A model generated the notes under the pieces. It saw only the letters and a program-made list of their open reading frames with translations, was not told the origin of the DNA and searched no databases. Positions 25,290-37,794 of a stretch of DNA of 64,000 bases are shown here, one piece after another; position 1 is the stretch's first letter; each line of letters starts with the position of its first letter. Where the stretch lies: positions 237,152,001 through 237,216,000 of the forward strand of contig NC_058368.1 of assembly GCF_018350175.1 (NCBI RefSeq). Direction: 5' to 3'. Origin of the DNA: Felis catus (lineage: Eukaryota). Both the position numbers and the translations under genes were made by a program.

Positions 25290-25850
25290 ATATCTATTAT
25301 TTGTAATTTCTGGAAGGACAGTTGCTGATGAGCAGCGAGAGACTAGGTCCACCGTGCGATCAAGAAGCAGGTTTTTAGCCATGTAAATACCGCAGTATCT
25401 CGATAGAGATTGTATACAAATTTGATACAAGGAACCAATGAGATCCTTCCTGTCTAATGACCCTAGCCCATCTAATTAATGTATTCTGCTACATTACATT
25501 TTAAGAAGTGACCATTGTGTAATACACTTTGAAATATGCACAAGCTAATGGGATAAGATACAAAAATTATTATGCTGACGGTAAATCATATTACATTCCT
25601 AATAAGCATTAACTAGATAACTAGGTCAAAGCAGTATTATCTTAATTGATTTTTCAAAAGAAACCTGACAGAAAAATGTCAATGCTCGAATATTTCTTCA
25701 TGCATCATTAAAACAAGATTGGCTTTTAACAAAAGAAGAACCCTTCACAGAATTGATTCTTGCTTCGGGCTGCCTGGAAGTGAGTGTATTACATAAAAAT
25801 CTATACAGGATATTAAAACAACACCGCTCTGCAAGACAGTTACAATTAAA
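25290..25850. promoter_or_regulatory. Candidate conserved non-coding element
   Basis: Repeat-free AT-rich island with CTAATTAAT, several GATA and TAAT cores. Confidence 0.4.
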
Positions 25851-26753
25851 AGCTGACACCCCCCAACGTGTGGGCCACCGTGGCTTGCCGGCAAATACCT
25901 GGAAGTCTCCCTAGCCAGTGCGGCCAGTGCGGGAACACCGGACGCGTCCACGCGTGCAGGGGAAGATCCTGATTCGAGGAGTTTCCAATTAAAGCAGGAC
26001 CCCTGTCACTTACTGTTTCGCAACTGGATGGTTATTACACAGTCACGCGGGATTATTCGGGAAGCCCGCCAACATTCCCGGGGTCTGTAGATGGAGTGGG
26101 CAGCGGATGGGAGCATGTCGCAGACGTCTCCTGCGGATCGTGCCGGGCAGGGGCCACCCGGTGCACCTCGTGCGAGACGGGGCGGCCCTCGCGGAGCAGG
26201 AAGGACGGTCCCCTGCGGCAGGTGCCTCCCGCACAGGGTGAAAGTTCAGCTGTTTCGCAAGGGGCTGGTTGGGTTCAGCTCTTTGGTGGCCCCCCCGCTA
26301 GCCTCGGACGGGCTTGGCAGACACCCCACTCCTGGCCGGGGGCGACAAGCTGACCTTCATCCTGACGACATCTCCCTCCTACTTCGTCTCTGTGCTGTTT
26401 TCCCAGACCGAATCCCGACCATTCCATTTGCCTACAGTGAGTCCATGACGAACAATGTACTTGGAGTTTGCTATTAACCCTGAAAGATGACCCCAAAAAT
26501 GCTTATCACACCCCAGAGAGCCTGGCCGGGCCTCTCCCGAGGGAATCGTCTTCAAGAGGTGCTCCCCCTGAAAAGGGATTTTGCGGGTTACACATGAGGC
26601 TTCGCTATAAGGACATTTTGGGCACCAGTAAGAGGCTTGCTATCTATCCATGGTGAAGGTGTAAACACTTCCAGGGAAAAACACAGGCGAAACTCAGTAC
26701 CATTTTTGTCATTTTAACTTTAGGCAGAAGGTACAGAGAAAAAGGCACGTATT

Positions 26754-26973
26754 GGGGCGCCTGGGTGGCTCAGCCTGTTGAGCGTCCGACTTTGGCTCAG
26801 GTCACGATCTCGCGGTTCGTGGGTTTGAGCCCCACGTCGGGCTGTGTGCTGACAGCTCGGAGCCTAGAGCCTGCTTCCGATTCTGTGTCTCTCTCTGTCT
26901 CTGCCCCTCCCCGACTCACACTCTGACTCTCTCTCAAAAATAAATAAACTGTGAAAAAAAAAATTTAAAAAAA
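26754..26973 (+). mobile_element. Can-SINE (SINEC_Fc-like)
   Basis: Canonical head, CT tract and tail; TSD agaaaaaggcacgtatt/agaaaatggcacggatt. Confidence 0.96.
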
Positions 26974-28099
26974 AGAAAATGGCACGGATTTCCTGAAGCT
27001 GCTCTGTCGTTCCCAGACCAGCAAGTGCCCCCCTCTGTCCCTCCTCTTGTTCCTCGGGCTCCAAACCACACTTGTCTACGTAACTTATCCTTTGGGCATG
27101 ATTCAGCTTGCATGTTGTGTGCGCACATGTTGTGGCCGCGTGAGGGTCAGGGGTCTTAGCAGCCCGGAATGAAGGCCGGAGACGTCTGTACAGCGAACCC
27201 CCTGGCAAGGAGAGTTGGCTTCATTCAAAGAACCACCGTCTTTGGCAACGTGATCAGCAGCTAAAGGCCCAAGTGACTCTTTGTGAAGAAGGGGTTTGTT
27301 GGCCAAACTCGGCTGTGTGCTGACGTGGATAGCTCGGTGCTCTGTGAAGCCGACCTTCCAATCTATCAACCCTGTTAACCACCGTGCGTGACCTTTGTGC
27401 GCATCGCTTCCCTAAGAAAGCCGTCCAAGAACATTCATGAACGGAAGCCCTTCTACCCATGAGCTGCCTACGTGACCCGGGGACACGGTGGCCGACCTTG
27501 AGCTGGCCCAGGACCGCAGCCTCGCGGATCCCGGCTGAGATTCCGTCGCGAACATGCTGCTTTCCTCCCCCAGAGCGGTGTCCCCATCCCTGGATTGAGG
27601 GAGTGAGGCTTCGCTTCAGGTTTGCTGGGGGATTGGGCTTGCGGGGAGTGGTTCACCATGCGCTGGACCAGCCACGACCTTCCTGCTGCTTCACGGTGTG
27701 GCAGCGACTGTTCCCAGGAGCCCCCGAGACCTGGACACTCACCGGCCAGGCGCCCCGGCACCTTCCCGGTCCACCCCATGTGCTCGGTGCTCCCGACGGC
27801 CCAGACCCCGGAGTGCATCCCCAGAAGCTCCAGCCGTGTGACCCCATGCAGCTCAGCTCCCCCCTCGTCTATCAGCCTCTCACAACCCTGGGTAGGTTCA
27901 CCCTCCAGTCCGGGAAAGACACCCCCTCACCTCCTTATCACTAGGTCGATTTCCTATTGGTCATTTAATATCGATCATGCAGGCTTCTTCCCACCACAGA
28001 ATGACTTGAGTCCAGAACAATCTCTACGGCCTGTCAAGGGTCTGCCCATACGGCCAAGACCCAATGGGTAAGCAATCCCAAGTACAGGACAATTGTCGG

Positions 28100-28339
28100 T
28101 TTTCTTTTCTTTTCTTTTCTTTTCTTTTCTTTTCTTTTCTTTTCTTTTTTTCTTTTTTTTAATGTTTATTTATTTTTGAGGGACAGAGAGACAGAGCATG
28201 AGCAGGGAAGCGGCAGAGAGGGAGACACAGAATCCGAAGCAGGCTCCAGAGCCTGACATGAGGCTCGAACTCACCAACCGTGAGATCATGACCTGAGCCA
28301 AAGGCAGACGCTCAACCGACTGGGCCACCCAGGAGCCCC
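28100..28339 (-). mobile_element. Can-SINE with (TTTTC)n-expanded tail and short internal deletion
   Basis: SINE body on the minus strand; about 9 TTTTC units at 28100-28145. Confidence 0.93.
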
Positions 28340-28575
28340 GTGGGCTTTATTTCTGAAGAATTTCCAAGCTTCCTAAATCCAACATATATTTTAAAAGCAT
28401 GAAACAGATTTTTTTAAGTTCTACTAAGTTTAAATGTAGAAAACTCACTGAAAATAAAGTTCGACAAAGAAAATCATGTACACTCTTATTAAAGTTTTAA
28501 TTCACTTTATTTTCAAATTGATTCATAGAAATATTTGCATCAGAGATCATTTATCCTCCAATCAAAATATATTCA

Positions 28576-28780
28576 GGGACGCCTGGGTGGCTCAGTCCAT
28601 TAAGCGTCCAACTCTTGGTTTTGGCTCAGGTCATGATCTCGGTTTGTGGGTTCAGACTCCACCTTGGGCTCTGTGCTGACAGTGTGGAACCTGCTTGGGG
28701 TTCTCTCTGCCCCTTCTGCTCTCAATCTCTCTCTCCTCTCTCTCTCTCACTTTCTCTCAAAATAAATAAACTTTAAAAAG
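28576..28780 (+). mobile_element. Older Can-SINE
   Basis: gggacgcctgggtggctcagt...actcttggttttggctcaggtcatgatctc head, CT tract, aaataaataaa tail. Confidence 0.92.
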
Positions 28781-28899
28781 ACACACAAAAAGAAAAACAA
28801 ATTCCCTAAATAGGGTTCACATGTCTTTAACTGCTTTGTTGTTATTGTTGTGGTTTTTTTTTTTTCAATCACCTTTTGAGATACACTGAGTGATTTTTA

Positions 28900-29700
28900 A
28901 AGTACTTTGGGGAGTCTGTTGAGTGGGAAAAGCCAATGAGAGAAGTGTCTGCAGCCCAATCACCTTTTTAAAGAATACATCCGTTAAGGCATACGTTACA
29001 CACATATAATTACCATGCGGGTGTTTACGAATCCACCTTCATTTTTCAGTGCCTGCGGTCCATATGTCAGTCTTCTACAGTAAACGTGGAATTCTAGATT
29101 AATTCTGATTTAATGGAAGTTCTGGCACAGTGGGGGCCCAGACACCACCTATTTCAGAAAGCTTCGGGAGGTGCGCCCACGGTTGATCTGTCTCAAGGGA
29201 CTAACACAATATTGTAACACTAAACAAGATCCCTGTACACTAGAAAATTGTGGAGTGACACCAAATATCTATTAAAATATAAGGAGGACTTATTTTAACT
29301 TACTAACATAAATCAAGTGGCAGTAAAGTAGCAAGTTGTACTTCCATTCTTAAAAAAAAATTTTTTTTTAATTTAATGGATGGTAACTGTCTTCATGAAG
29401 GAGATCTAATATATTGACATTTGTTGAATAGTCCTTAAAAAATACTAATTTCTACTCAAGACTAAATTGTTATTTTATTTAGATGCACTTGTATATTTTA
29501 AGAGCTTTAGCATAAAACATGAGATTGAACGATTATGCGATAATTAGCGTGTATTGTCAGTTTGCTCCTTTTGAAGTATGACTTCCAATCCGGGATGATG
29601 CATATGTGAATTATTGTTGATTTGATGGCAGTTTAATGATAAATAGACACAGCACATTTAGCAGGATAATAATTGAAATACTCATTGAGGTTCAACACAC
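28900..29700. promoter_or_regulatory. Candidate conserved non-coding element
   Basis: Unique AT-rich DNA with TGATTTAATGG, GATAATTAG and TGATTTGATGG homeodomain-type sites. Confidence 0.35.
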
Positions 29701-30648
29701 GCTCCCCTCCAGTTCTCTGGATCCTGTTGTCTGCTCAGCCCCGGGCTTTACGATTTCCATGCCCCTGTCTTAGGGAAGGGATACCACGGCAGACCCAAGG
29801 AGTAAGTTAAACGGTAGCCTCTTTTGCATTTCAATGCTTTTGCGTCACATTGTGGAAAACGTCACCCTAAAATTCAAGACACGATTTTGGAGAGATTGGA
29901 TTTTGAGAATTGGGTGTTAAGCCCCAAAGACTAAAGCATAAACTCAATGCCACAGACAATAGACTGGAGACTTCTGACCACAAAAGAGTCTAAAACAAAG
30001 TTGACTTCTTCTCATTCCAGACATGAAGCATGGATGAAGCATAATTAGCTGATGGATAGACAGACACGTGGCAGAGCTCAGAGGGGAAGTAAAATCAGCA
30101 GGCATTATACGATAGGTCAGAATACAAAGCCAGAGTAATGAGTATGGAGTTCACCCGGGAGGGTGTCAGACCCCGAAAGAGTCCCATCCTGGAACCCAAC
30201 AGCTTGGACTTATCAGCACAGGAGAGAAAGCCATTCAAGGCAGAATATTAATGGAGAATCTGATGTAAAACCAGGACCCTCTAAGTTCCGACCAGGGTGG
30301 GGGAGAGGGGACAAAACCCTCCAGTCCACTAGCCCAGGAAAGCAGCAAGGAGAGTCATCGCCTGCCTCTGGTACGACTTAGAACCACCTCCCTCCCAAGA
30401 GAAAAATTCCAAGCTGTCACCACAAGCGAGTGGGGACGGACTCAGAATTTGCACAACTCTTGTAGTGCAAGGTTACCACACTGATAAAGTGAAAGCGTGT
30501 GTCCACACTGCTAAAGTTCTCGGAGCCCCAGTGAACACATCATTGTCCCTTAACACGATCTGCACACTCCGAGATGCCTGTGATTCACAGAGGAAAAGGC
30601 TGTCACTGATAAAGACGAAGGTTTACGCATAATAAAAATTACACAACA

Positions 30649-30855
30649 GGGTGCCTGGTGGCTCAGTCGGTTAAGCCTCTGACTTCGGCTCAGGTCATGA
30701 TCTCGCGGTCCGTGATTTCGAGCCCCGCATCAGGCTCTGTGCTGACGGCTCGGAGCCTGGAGCCTGCTTCCGATTCTGTGTCTCCCTCTCTCTCTGCCCC
30801 TTCCCACTTGCACTCTGTCTCTTTGTCTCCCTCTCAACAATAAATAAACGTTAAA
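30649..30855 (+). mobile_element. Can-SINE (SINEC_Fc-like)
   Basis: Canonical body; TSD ending tacacaaca on both sides. Confidence 0.96.
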
Positions 30856-30979
30856 AAAATACACAACAAAAAATGGCCGAAAGTTTAAAGATACACCAAA
30901 GTAATTAGAAGTGTCAATAAGTAAATAGTCAGCAAGAGATAAATAGAAACATAAAATAAACATATTTAAAGTTATTATA

Positions 30980-31198
30980 GGGGCGCCTGGGTGGCGCAGT
31001 CGGTTAAGCGTCCGACTTCAGCCAGGTCACGATCTCGCAGTCCGTGAGTTCGAGCCCCGCGTCGGGCTCTGGGCTGATGGCTCGGAGCCTGGAGCCTGTT
31101 TCCGATTCTGTGTCTCCCTCTCTCTCTGCCCCTCCCCCGTTCATGCTCTGTCTCTCTCTGTCCCAAAAATAAATAAATGTTGAAAAAAAAATTTTTTT
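30980..31198 (+). mobile_element. Young SINEC_Fc
   Basis: ggggcgcctgggtggcgcagtcggttaagcgtccgacttcagccaggtcac head with CpGs intact; TSD aagttattata. Confidence 0.97.
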
Positions 31199-31299
31199 AA
31201 GTTATTATAGATAAAAGGAGGAATTGAAACAATCTTGGCAAAAGGGACGCTAAGAAAGAAACACTCTGAAAAAGAAATAAGTAGAACTTCTCAAACTGA

Positions 31300-32700
31300 A
31301 AAACATAAGCATTGACAGTAAAAATAATAAACAACATCCCAAACTTAAGTCAAGTTGCTCCTGAATGAGTCGTCATACCAGTCCTCAGTCTATCCACCTG
31401 CCAAAAAAGAATAAATATTCCCTTAAAGAAAAGTAACAAAATTCACAATTCACAATATAACAAAAATTCCTATATTCAAAATAACAAAATTGATAGATTC
31501 ACAATACAAAATTCATACATTCAAAGTAAGAAAATTCCTACATTCGCAACCTATGGTATTTACTCAAAACTTAGCAAACCTGCAAGAAACAGTGCATGAT
31601 GAACTAAAAAAACAAGAGACAAAAATTACCATAGACCCACAAGCAATGGCGACCTTGAGGTTGTGGGACAAACTGTAAAGGATGAGTAATCAGTTCAAAC
31701 ATTTTTAAGAATATAAAAAATAGATCACTCAATGGAAAATTTCACTAGGAGAGTGAAATCTAAAAGAAAATAAATTAGGAACTTACAACTATAAATACAA
31801 TACTAGAAGCTAAGAAGTCAACTGATGGGTTTAAGAACTCAGTGAGAGAGAAAAGAAAGCCAAACTCCTAGAAGATGGGTCTGTGGAAATTCCTGCCTGA
31901 AAACCCAGAGAAAGAGGGACATGAAAACTGAGAAAAGGATAAGAGTACAGCTCAGACACTGTGGCAAAGGCTAACATATTTGTAATTGGAGACTTAAAAG
32001 AGTAAAAAATGAGGCAGAAAAAAATATTTGCAGAGACAATAGCAAAGCATTCATCTCAAACCTATGAAGACTGTGAAGCACATTATTTCAAATCTCTAGG
32101 GACCACAAGCAGGGTAAGTCCAAAAAGAAGCACTCTTGGGAATATCACGGGAACACTGCTAAAAACTGGCCCTGAAGAGGAAAATTCTGACATGGGGTCA
32201 ACAATAAAGCTGACGGCTGACTGTGTGAGAGAAGGGCTGGACAGGAGAGATCGATGGAATCCCACACGTAAATGTGCTGGAAAAGCACCACACATCGCAC
32301 TTCTATACCCTGCCAAAGTGTCCTTCTCAAATTAAAGATAAACGTATCTACAGATAAACAGAAACAGAAAGCATTTACCCACAAGAGACATATATTAAAG
32401 TAAATATTGGGTCGCCTGGGTGGCTCAGGCGGATAAGTGTCTAACTTTGGTTCAGGTCATGATCTCATGGTTTGTGGGTTCGAGCCCCATGTTGGGCTCT
32501 GTGCTGACAGCTCAGAGCCTGAAGCCTGCTTCAGATACTTTGTCTCCCTCTCTCTCTGCCCCTTTCCCACTCCCACTCTGTCTCTCTCTCTCTTTTTCTA
32601 TCAAAAATAAATAAACATTAATTTTTTTTTAAATAAAGAAATAAAGTAAATATTAAAGAGAGTGCTTTGGGACTCCTGGATAGTAAGAGTGATAACATAT
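31300..32700 (+). mobile_element. Degraded old L1 (L1M) ORF1 region
   Basis: A-rich strand with ORF1-like blocks (ctaacatatttgtaattggag, gcagaaaaaaatatttgcagagacaatagc, ttctataccctgccaaagtgtccttc). Confidence 0.75.
32409..32641 (+). mobile_element. Can-SINE
   Basis: Canonical body; TSD taaagtaaatatt. Confidence 0.96.
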
Positions 32701-32744
32701 TGTGGGTATTCTAATAAAGGCAGAATTTTTAAAAGGTAATCAAA

Positions 32745-32981
32745 GGGGAGCCCGGGTGGCTCGGTCAGTTGAGCATTGGACTTCAGCTCAGGTCATGATT
32801 TCACAGGTCATGAGTTCTAACCCCACATTGGGCTCTGTGCTGACAGCTCAGAGCCTGGAGCCTGCTTTGGATTCCGTGTCTCCGTCTCTCTCTGCCCCTC
32901 CACTGCTCATGCTTTCTCTCTCTCTCTCAAAAATAAACATTAAAAAAATTATAAATAAATAAATGAATAAATAAACAAATA
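32745..32981 (+). mobile_element. Can-SINE
   Basis: Canonical body, (TAAA)n tail; TSD aaaggtaatcaa/aaagataatcaa. Confidence 0.96.
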
Positions 32982-34158
32982 AAAGATAATCAAGCAATTA
33001 AATAGGTGATCACATGTAAATAAGTAACACTATTAAACTGGAACTCAGAGAAGGAAATTACTCAGAGAATAGCCCAGAAAAATCAAGAGACAGAGCATAT
33101 GAAAAACAGGAGAGATTAAAGGTATAATACAAAAGCTAGAAACAGAGGCAGTAAATATTTTAAGATGGAAAAGAGGACTGTTTTTATAGAAGCTGCATAA
33201 AAATATTCTGAAATTTCACATAATCAAATGTTTCCAAATGCTGTGGGAATACTTTTAAACCCCAAATGTGTGCCTGTGTATCATATCATTCCATATGCCT
33301 TCCCGGGAGTTTTGGCAAATTGGCAAATCCCCTGAGCGATGGCGCTCAGGCCTGGAGCTTCGCTGAGTATGTTTCTTTTTAAATAATCCTGTGTCTACAT
33401 CCTGGTCTATTCAGATCTCCCTTTTAAGTCATTTTTGGTTTATTTTTATTTTGTATGGAACCACTGAGTATTTTCTCTTGACAATTAGTTGGCATGACCA
33501 ATTGACTGTTTGAAAATGGCGTGCAAGAAATTTTCAGGAATAAAATCAAGACTGAGAATCTTCACGTTGTGTCCGTCCGCACAGCTGTGGGAACACAGTC
33601 CCCTGTGGGGATTATAAACTCGAGCATAGAAACGGGGAGTGTAAGCGGGAAAATGTTAAGCATAAGTATTGGTGAACATAAAGATATGTTTGGGAAAAAA
33701 ATGTCATAAAATTAGGCCCTTGTGAATTGAAAAGCGAGAGGGAAATAATATACCGAACCAAATACCATCAAAGATGAGGAAATATTGGAGTTAAACATTA
33801 AAATTTTGTTACTAAAGATGATGAAGTTAATGATAAACTGAATAAAGGTATTCATCGATTTCATGTCCTGAGTAGAGATTTTTGATTTTTTTATATAAAA
33901 AAATGAAACCCTGCCTAATTAAAAAGAAGGGGAAAATAAAGTAGATAAATCTAATTTAATGCAAATAAATAAATAAATACCCAAAGAAGAAAACATGGTA
34001 AATGAAAAATTTAACAAAAGTTGGCAGAAATCATACCAAATATGTTAGCAATTAAAACTAATGTAAAAATAATAAATTGTTTTATTTAAAGATAAATATC
34101 AGGGAGAAACAAAAGAATATCTATCAGCATCTGGTTTAAAAACGTGAAAGAAAAGTGT

Positions 34159-34367
34159 GGGGCGCCTGGGTGGCTCAGCTGGTTAAGTGTCCAACTTTGG
34201 CTCAGGTCCTGATCTCACTGTTGGTGATTTCAAGCCCCGCACCAGGCTCTGGGCTGACAACTCAGAGTCGGGAGCCTTCTTCAGGTTCTGTGTCTCCCTC
34301 TCTCTCTGCCCCTCTCCTACTTGCATGCTCTTTCTCTCTCTCTCAAAAATAAATAAGCATTAAAAAC
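34159..34367 (+). mobile_element. Can-SINE
   Basis: Canonical head, CT tract and start of tail. Confidence 0.96.
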
Positions 34368-34544
34368 TTATTTATTTATTTATAATATGAAATTCATTGT
34401 CAAATTGGTTTCCATACAACACCCAGTGCTCATCCCGACAGGTGCCCTTCTCGATGCCCATCCCCCACCCCCCTTCCCTCCCACCCCCCATCAACCCTCA
34501 GTTTGTTCTCAGTTTTTAAGAGTCTTTTATGCTTTGGCTCCCTC
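34368..34544 (-). mobile_element. Short 5'-truncated carnivore/felid L1 3' end
   Basis: aaattcattgtcaaattggtttccatacaacacccagtgctcatccc...ctcagtttgttctcagtttttaagagtc matches the young feliform L1 3' UTR and is similar in reverse to 36010-36230. Confidence 0.9.
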
Positions 34545-34986
34545 AAATTTTTTTTTAATATGAAAAGAGTAAAAGTAAAATATGCATGTACAGAAAATAC
34601 TAATGAACAAAGACACTGTAACAGTATCAATAACAAAGGAAACAGACTTTTTGGTAAATAAAACCTATGGGAAAAATAAAGTCATTTCTTGATGATAAAG
34701 ACAGAAATTCACCAAGAAACTATAGAAGTGCTTATCTTACATGCACATAATGACATAGACTCAGAATAAATACTCACAAATATAAAAAGAAAAAGTGGAC
34801 AAATCCATCATCATAATTGCTAAATTTAACCTAATACCCTGAAAATGAATGGAGTGAGCGAGTAAAATTAGTTATAACTTTTTTTTAATTTGAATAACAC
34901 AAACTATCAAATTTGATCAAATAAATATCCATAGAACTCTGCCCCCAATGATGAAAAAATTCTCATTCACTCTTAAATACATCCAA

Positions 34987-35209
34987 TTTTTTTTTTAATT
35001 TTTTTTCAGCGTTTATTTATTTTTGGGACAGAGAGAGACAGAGCTTGAACGGGGGAGGGGCAGAGAGAGAGGGAGACACAGAATCGGAAACAGGCTCCAG
35101 GCTCTGAGCCATCAGCCCAGAGCCCGACGCGGGGCTCGAACTCCTGGACCGCGAGATCGTGACCTGGCTGAAGTCGGACGCTCAACCAACTGCGCCACCC
35201 AGGCACCCC
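34987..35209 (-). mobile_element. Young SINEC_Fc
   Basis: Canonical body; TSD atacatccaattttt. Confidence 0.97.
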
Positions 35210-35566
35210 GTATACATCCAATTTTTGAAAGTTTAATTTTCAGTGAAATTCAGAAAAGCACTTGAAAGGTCTGACATTCTTCTATCAGACCATTTTTTAT
35301 GCACAAAATACCATTAGAAAAAAGAACACAAAATAGTAACCAACTATAACATTTAGAAATTAAAAACTCATGTCCCAATAATGTATGTCCCCAAGAAGAA
35401 ATTATAACAGAAATTAGAAGGTATCTCAACCCTGCTAATAATGAGAATATGCATAGAGTGCACCAACACAGCATTTAGAAGGAAAGTTATTATCTTACAT
35501 CCATATACTGCAAAAGGGGAGTGAACATTCATTCACAAAAAAAGCTAGAAAAATAAGGTGAAAGCA

Positions 35567-35740
35567 GGGGTGCCTGGGTAGCTCAGCCAGTTGAGCGTCT
35601 GACTCTTGATTTCTGCTCAGGTCATGAGCTCACAGTTTGGAGCCTGGTGAGGTCTCTATCTGTCTCTCTCTGCCCCTCCCCAACTTGCTCATGCACGCAT
35701 GTGAGCTCTCTCTAGCGCCAAATAAATAAATAAATAAAAA
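35567..35740 (+). mobile_element. Older Can-SINE, internally deleted
   Basis: Head and tail present; TSD tagaaaaataaggtgaaagca/tagaaaaatagggtaaaagca. Confidence 0.9.
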
Positions 35741-35828
35741 TAGAAAAATAGGGTAAAAGCAAATTTGGTGCAAGAAGGAGATTTTGAAAAACAAAATAGG
35801 AATATAAATTAAATATCAAAGATATTAA

Positions 35829-36245
35829 GAAAAAATCGCCTGCATTTGCAGCAACGTGGATGGAACTGGAGGGTATTATGCTGAGTGAAATAAGTCAGGC
35901 AGAGAAGGACAGATATCATATGTTTTCACTCATTATGTGGAATTTGAGAAACTTAACAGAAGACCATGGGGAAAGGGGAGGGGGAAAAATAGTTACAAAC
36001 AGAGAGGGAGGGAGGCAAACCATAAAAGACTCTTAAATACAGAGAACAAACTGAGGGTGGATGGGGGGCGTTGGGGGAGAGGGGAAAGTGGGTGATGGGC
36101 ATTGAGGGGGGCACTTGTTGGGACGAGCGCTGGGTGTTGTATGTAAGCAATGAACCACAGGAATCTACCCCAAAACCAAGAGCACAGTTTACACGCTGTA
36201 TGTTAGCCAATTTGACAATAAATTATATTTAAAAAGGAAAAAAAT
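35829..36245 (+). mobile_element. Carnivore L1 3' end (end of ORF2 and 3' UTR)
   Basis: tttgcagcaacgtggatggaactggagggtattatgctgagtgaaataagtcag (FAATWMELEGIMLSEISQ), G-rich UTR, AATAAA, A tail. Confidence 0.95.
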
Positions 36246-36293
36246 AGCGTGAACAAAACCGATCTTTTTGATAAAAGACTAATAAAATTATAC

Positions 36294-36511
36294 GGGGCGC
36301 CTGAATGGCTCAGTCAGTTAAGCATCAGATTTCAGCTCAGGTCATGATCTCACCATTTAAGAGTTCGATCCCCGCGTCAGGCTCTGTGCTGACAGCTCAG
36401 ATCCTGGAGCCTGCTTCAGATTCTGTCTCCCTCTCTCTCTGCCCCTCCCCTGCTCACGCTCTGTCTCTCTATCTCAAAAATAAATTTAAAAATTAATAAA
36501 TAATTAATAAA
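36294..36511 (+). mobile_element. Can-SINE
   Basis: Canonical body; TSD taaaagactaataaaattatac/taaaagaccaataaaagtatac. Confidence 0.96.
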
Positions 36512-36572
36512 TAAAAGACCAATAAAAGTATACACCTATTTAAAATGCTGATCAAAAAAAGATTCACATAAT

Positions 36573-36788
36573 GGGGCTCCTGGGTGGCTCAGTCGGTTAA
36601 GCGTCCGACTTCGGCTCAGGGCATGATCTCACAGTTCATGGGTTCGAGCCCCGCATCGGGCTCTGTGCTGACGGCTCAGAGCCTGGAGCCTGCTTTGGAT
36701 TCTGTGTCTCCCTCTCTCTCTGCCGCTCCCCCCGCCCCTCATGCTCTGTCTGTCTCTCTCAAGAATAAATCAACATTAAAAAAAAAAA
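36573..36788 (+). mobile_element. Can-SINE
   Basis: Canonical body; TSD aaaaaaagattcacat. Confidence 0.96.
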
Positions 36789-37039
36789 GATTCACATCCA
36801 AATCATACATTTACCATAAAATGAAGTACAACAACTAATAAAAATACACAACTATTTAAAATTAAAAGATTCAAAAAAAAATTAAAATTAAAAAATAAAA
36901 TTAAAAGATTCATATTTAAATAATGTGTAGAATAACTTCAGATAAAGATTTTTTACACTCACACAAAAATGAATTCTATGCCATTTTATGATGCTAGCAT
37001 AACCTTGACACTAAAGCCAGAAAATGAAAAGTAAAGAAG

Positions 37040-37232
37040 TAATAATAACAAAATGATACCTAACTTTTATTAAGTTTTCTAATATACCAGGAATTATCCT
37101 AAGTACTTTACTTCTATAAAGTTATTTAATCCTGACGACAGCACAGTACGATCATTTCTGTTGTCTCCATGTTACATATGAGGCCACGTAGCCCAGAGGG
37201 TTTCAATTAGTTGCTCGATGTTCTCATTACTA
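37040..37232 (-). mobile_element. MIR SINE
   Basis: ctaacttttattaag...ccagg...ctaagtactttac...tatttaatcctgacgaca...ccatgttacatatgagg...cccagaggg follows the reverse-complemented MIR core. Confidence 0.7.
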
Positions 37233-37297
37233 GGGAGATGAGGGGGGGAAATCTACAAGTTAATCACTATTGCATATAGTAGTATATAAATAACACA

Positions 37298-37326
37298 CTA
37301 TACTATACTATACTATACTATACTAT
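37298..37326. repeat. (CTATA)n microsatellite
   Basis: About 6 pentamer units. Confidence 0.9.
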
Positions 37327-37525
37327 ATACTGATATTATATTCCTAAATAAAATTCCTGCAAATAACATCTAGCAAGATAGACAGTAACCTTGAGATGGG
37401 GAAGAATTTTTAAAACAAGAAAAAATGTATATATAAATCACAAAGAAAATACTTGATAAATCTGGCTTCATTATCATCCATAAGTTTTTCATGATAAAAA
37501 AAAGAATGTAATTGAAAGTACGATA

Positions 37526-37794
37526 CAGTTGATCCTTGAACAACATCGGAATTAGGGGTGCTGACCCCCTTGTGCAGTTGGAAATCCACATATCACTTCT
37601 GATGCCCCAAAACTTGACTACTAATAGCCTACTTTTGGCCTTAGCAATAACATAAAGTTGATTAACACATATTTTGTAGGGTAGAGACAAGGAAAGGTTA
37701 TAAAGAAAATCGTAAGAAGGAGAAAATGCATCACAGTCCTGTATGTATAAGTGGTCATGCACAAGTCAAACCCGTGCTATTCAAGTGTCAACTG
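37526..37794. mobile_element. Tigger2-derived non-autonomous DNA transposon (TcMar-Tigger)
   Basis: TIRs cagttgatccttgaacaaca / tgctattcaagtgtcaactg, TA dinucleotide on both flanks, internal aacttgactactaatagcctact block. Confidence 0.88.

Noticed and set aside
30658..30843. Recurring MAQSVKRPTSAQVMIS... peptide family
   Set aside because: These are translations of Can-SINE bodies, not a gene family.
30980..31060. tRNA genes
   Set aside because: The A/B-box-like sequences are SINE heads followed by CT tracts, A tails and TSDs.
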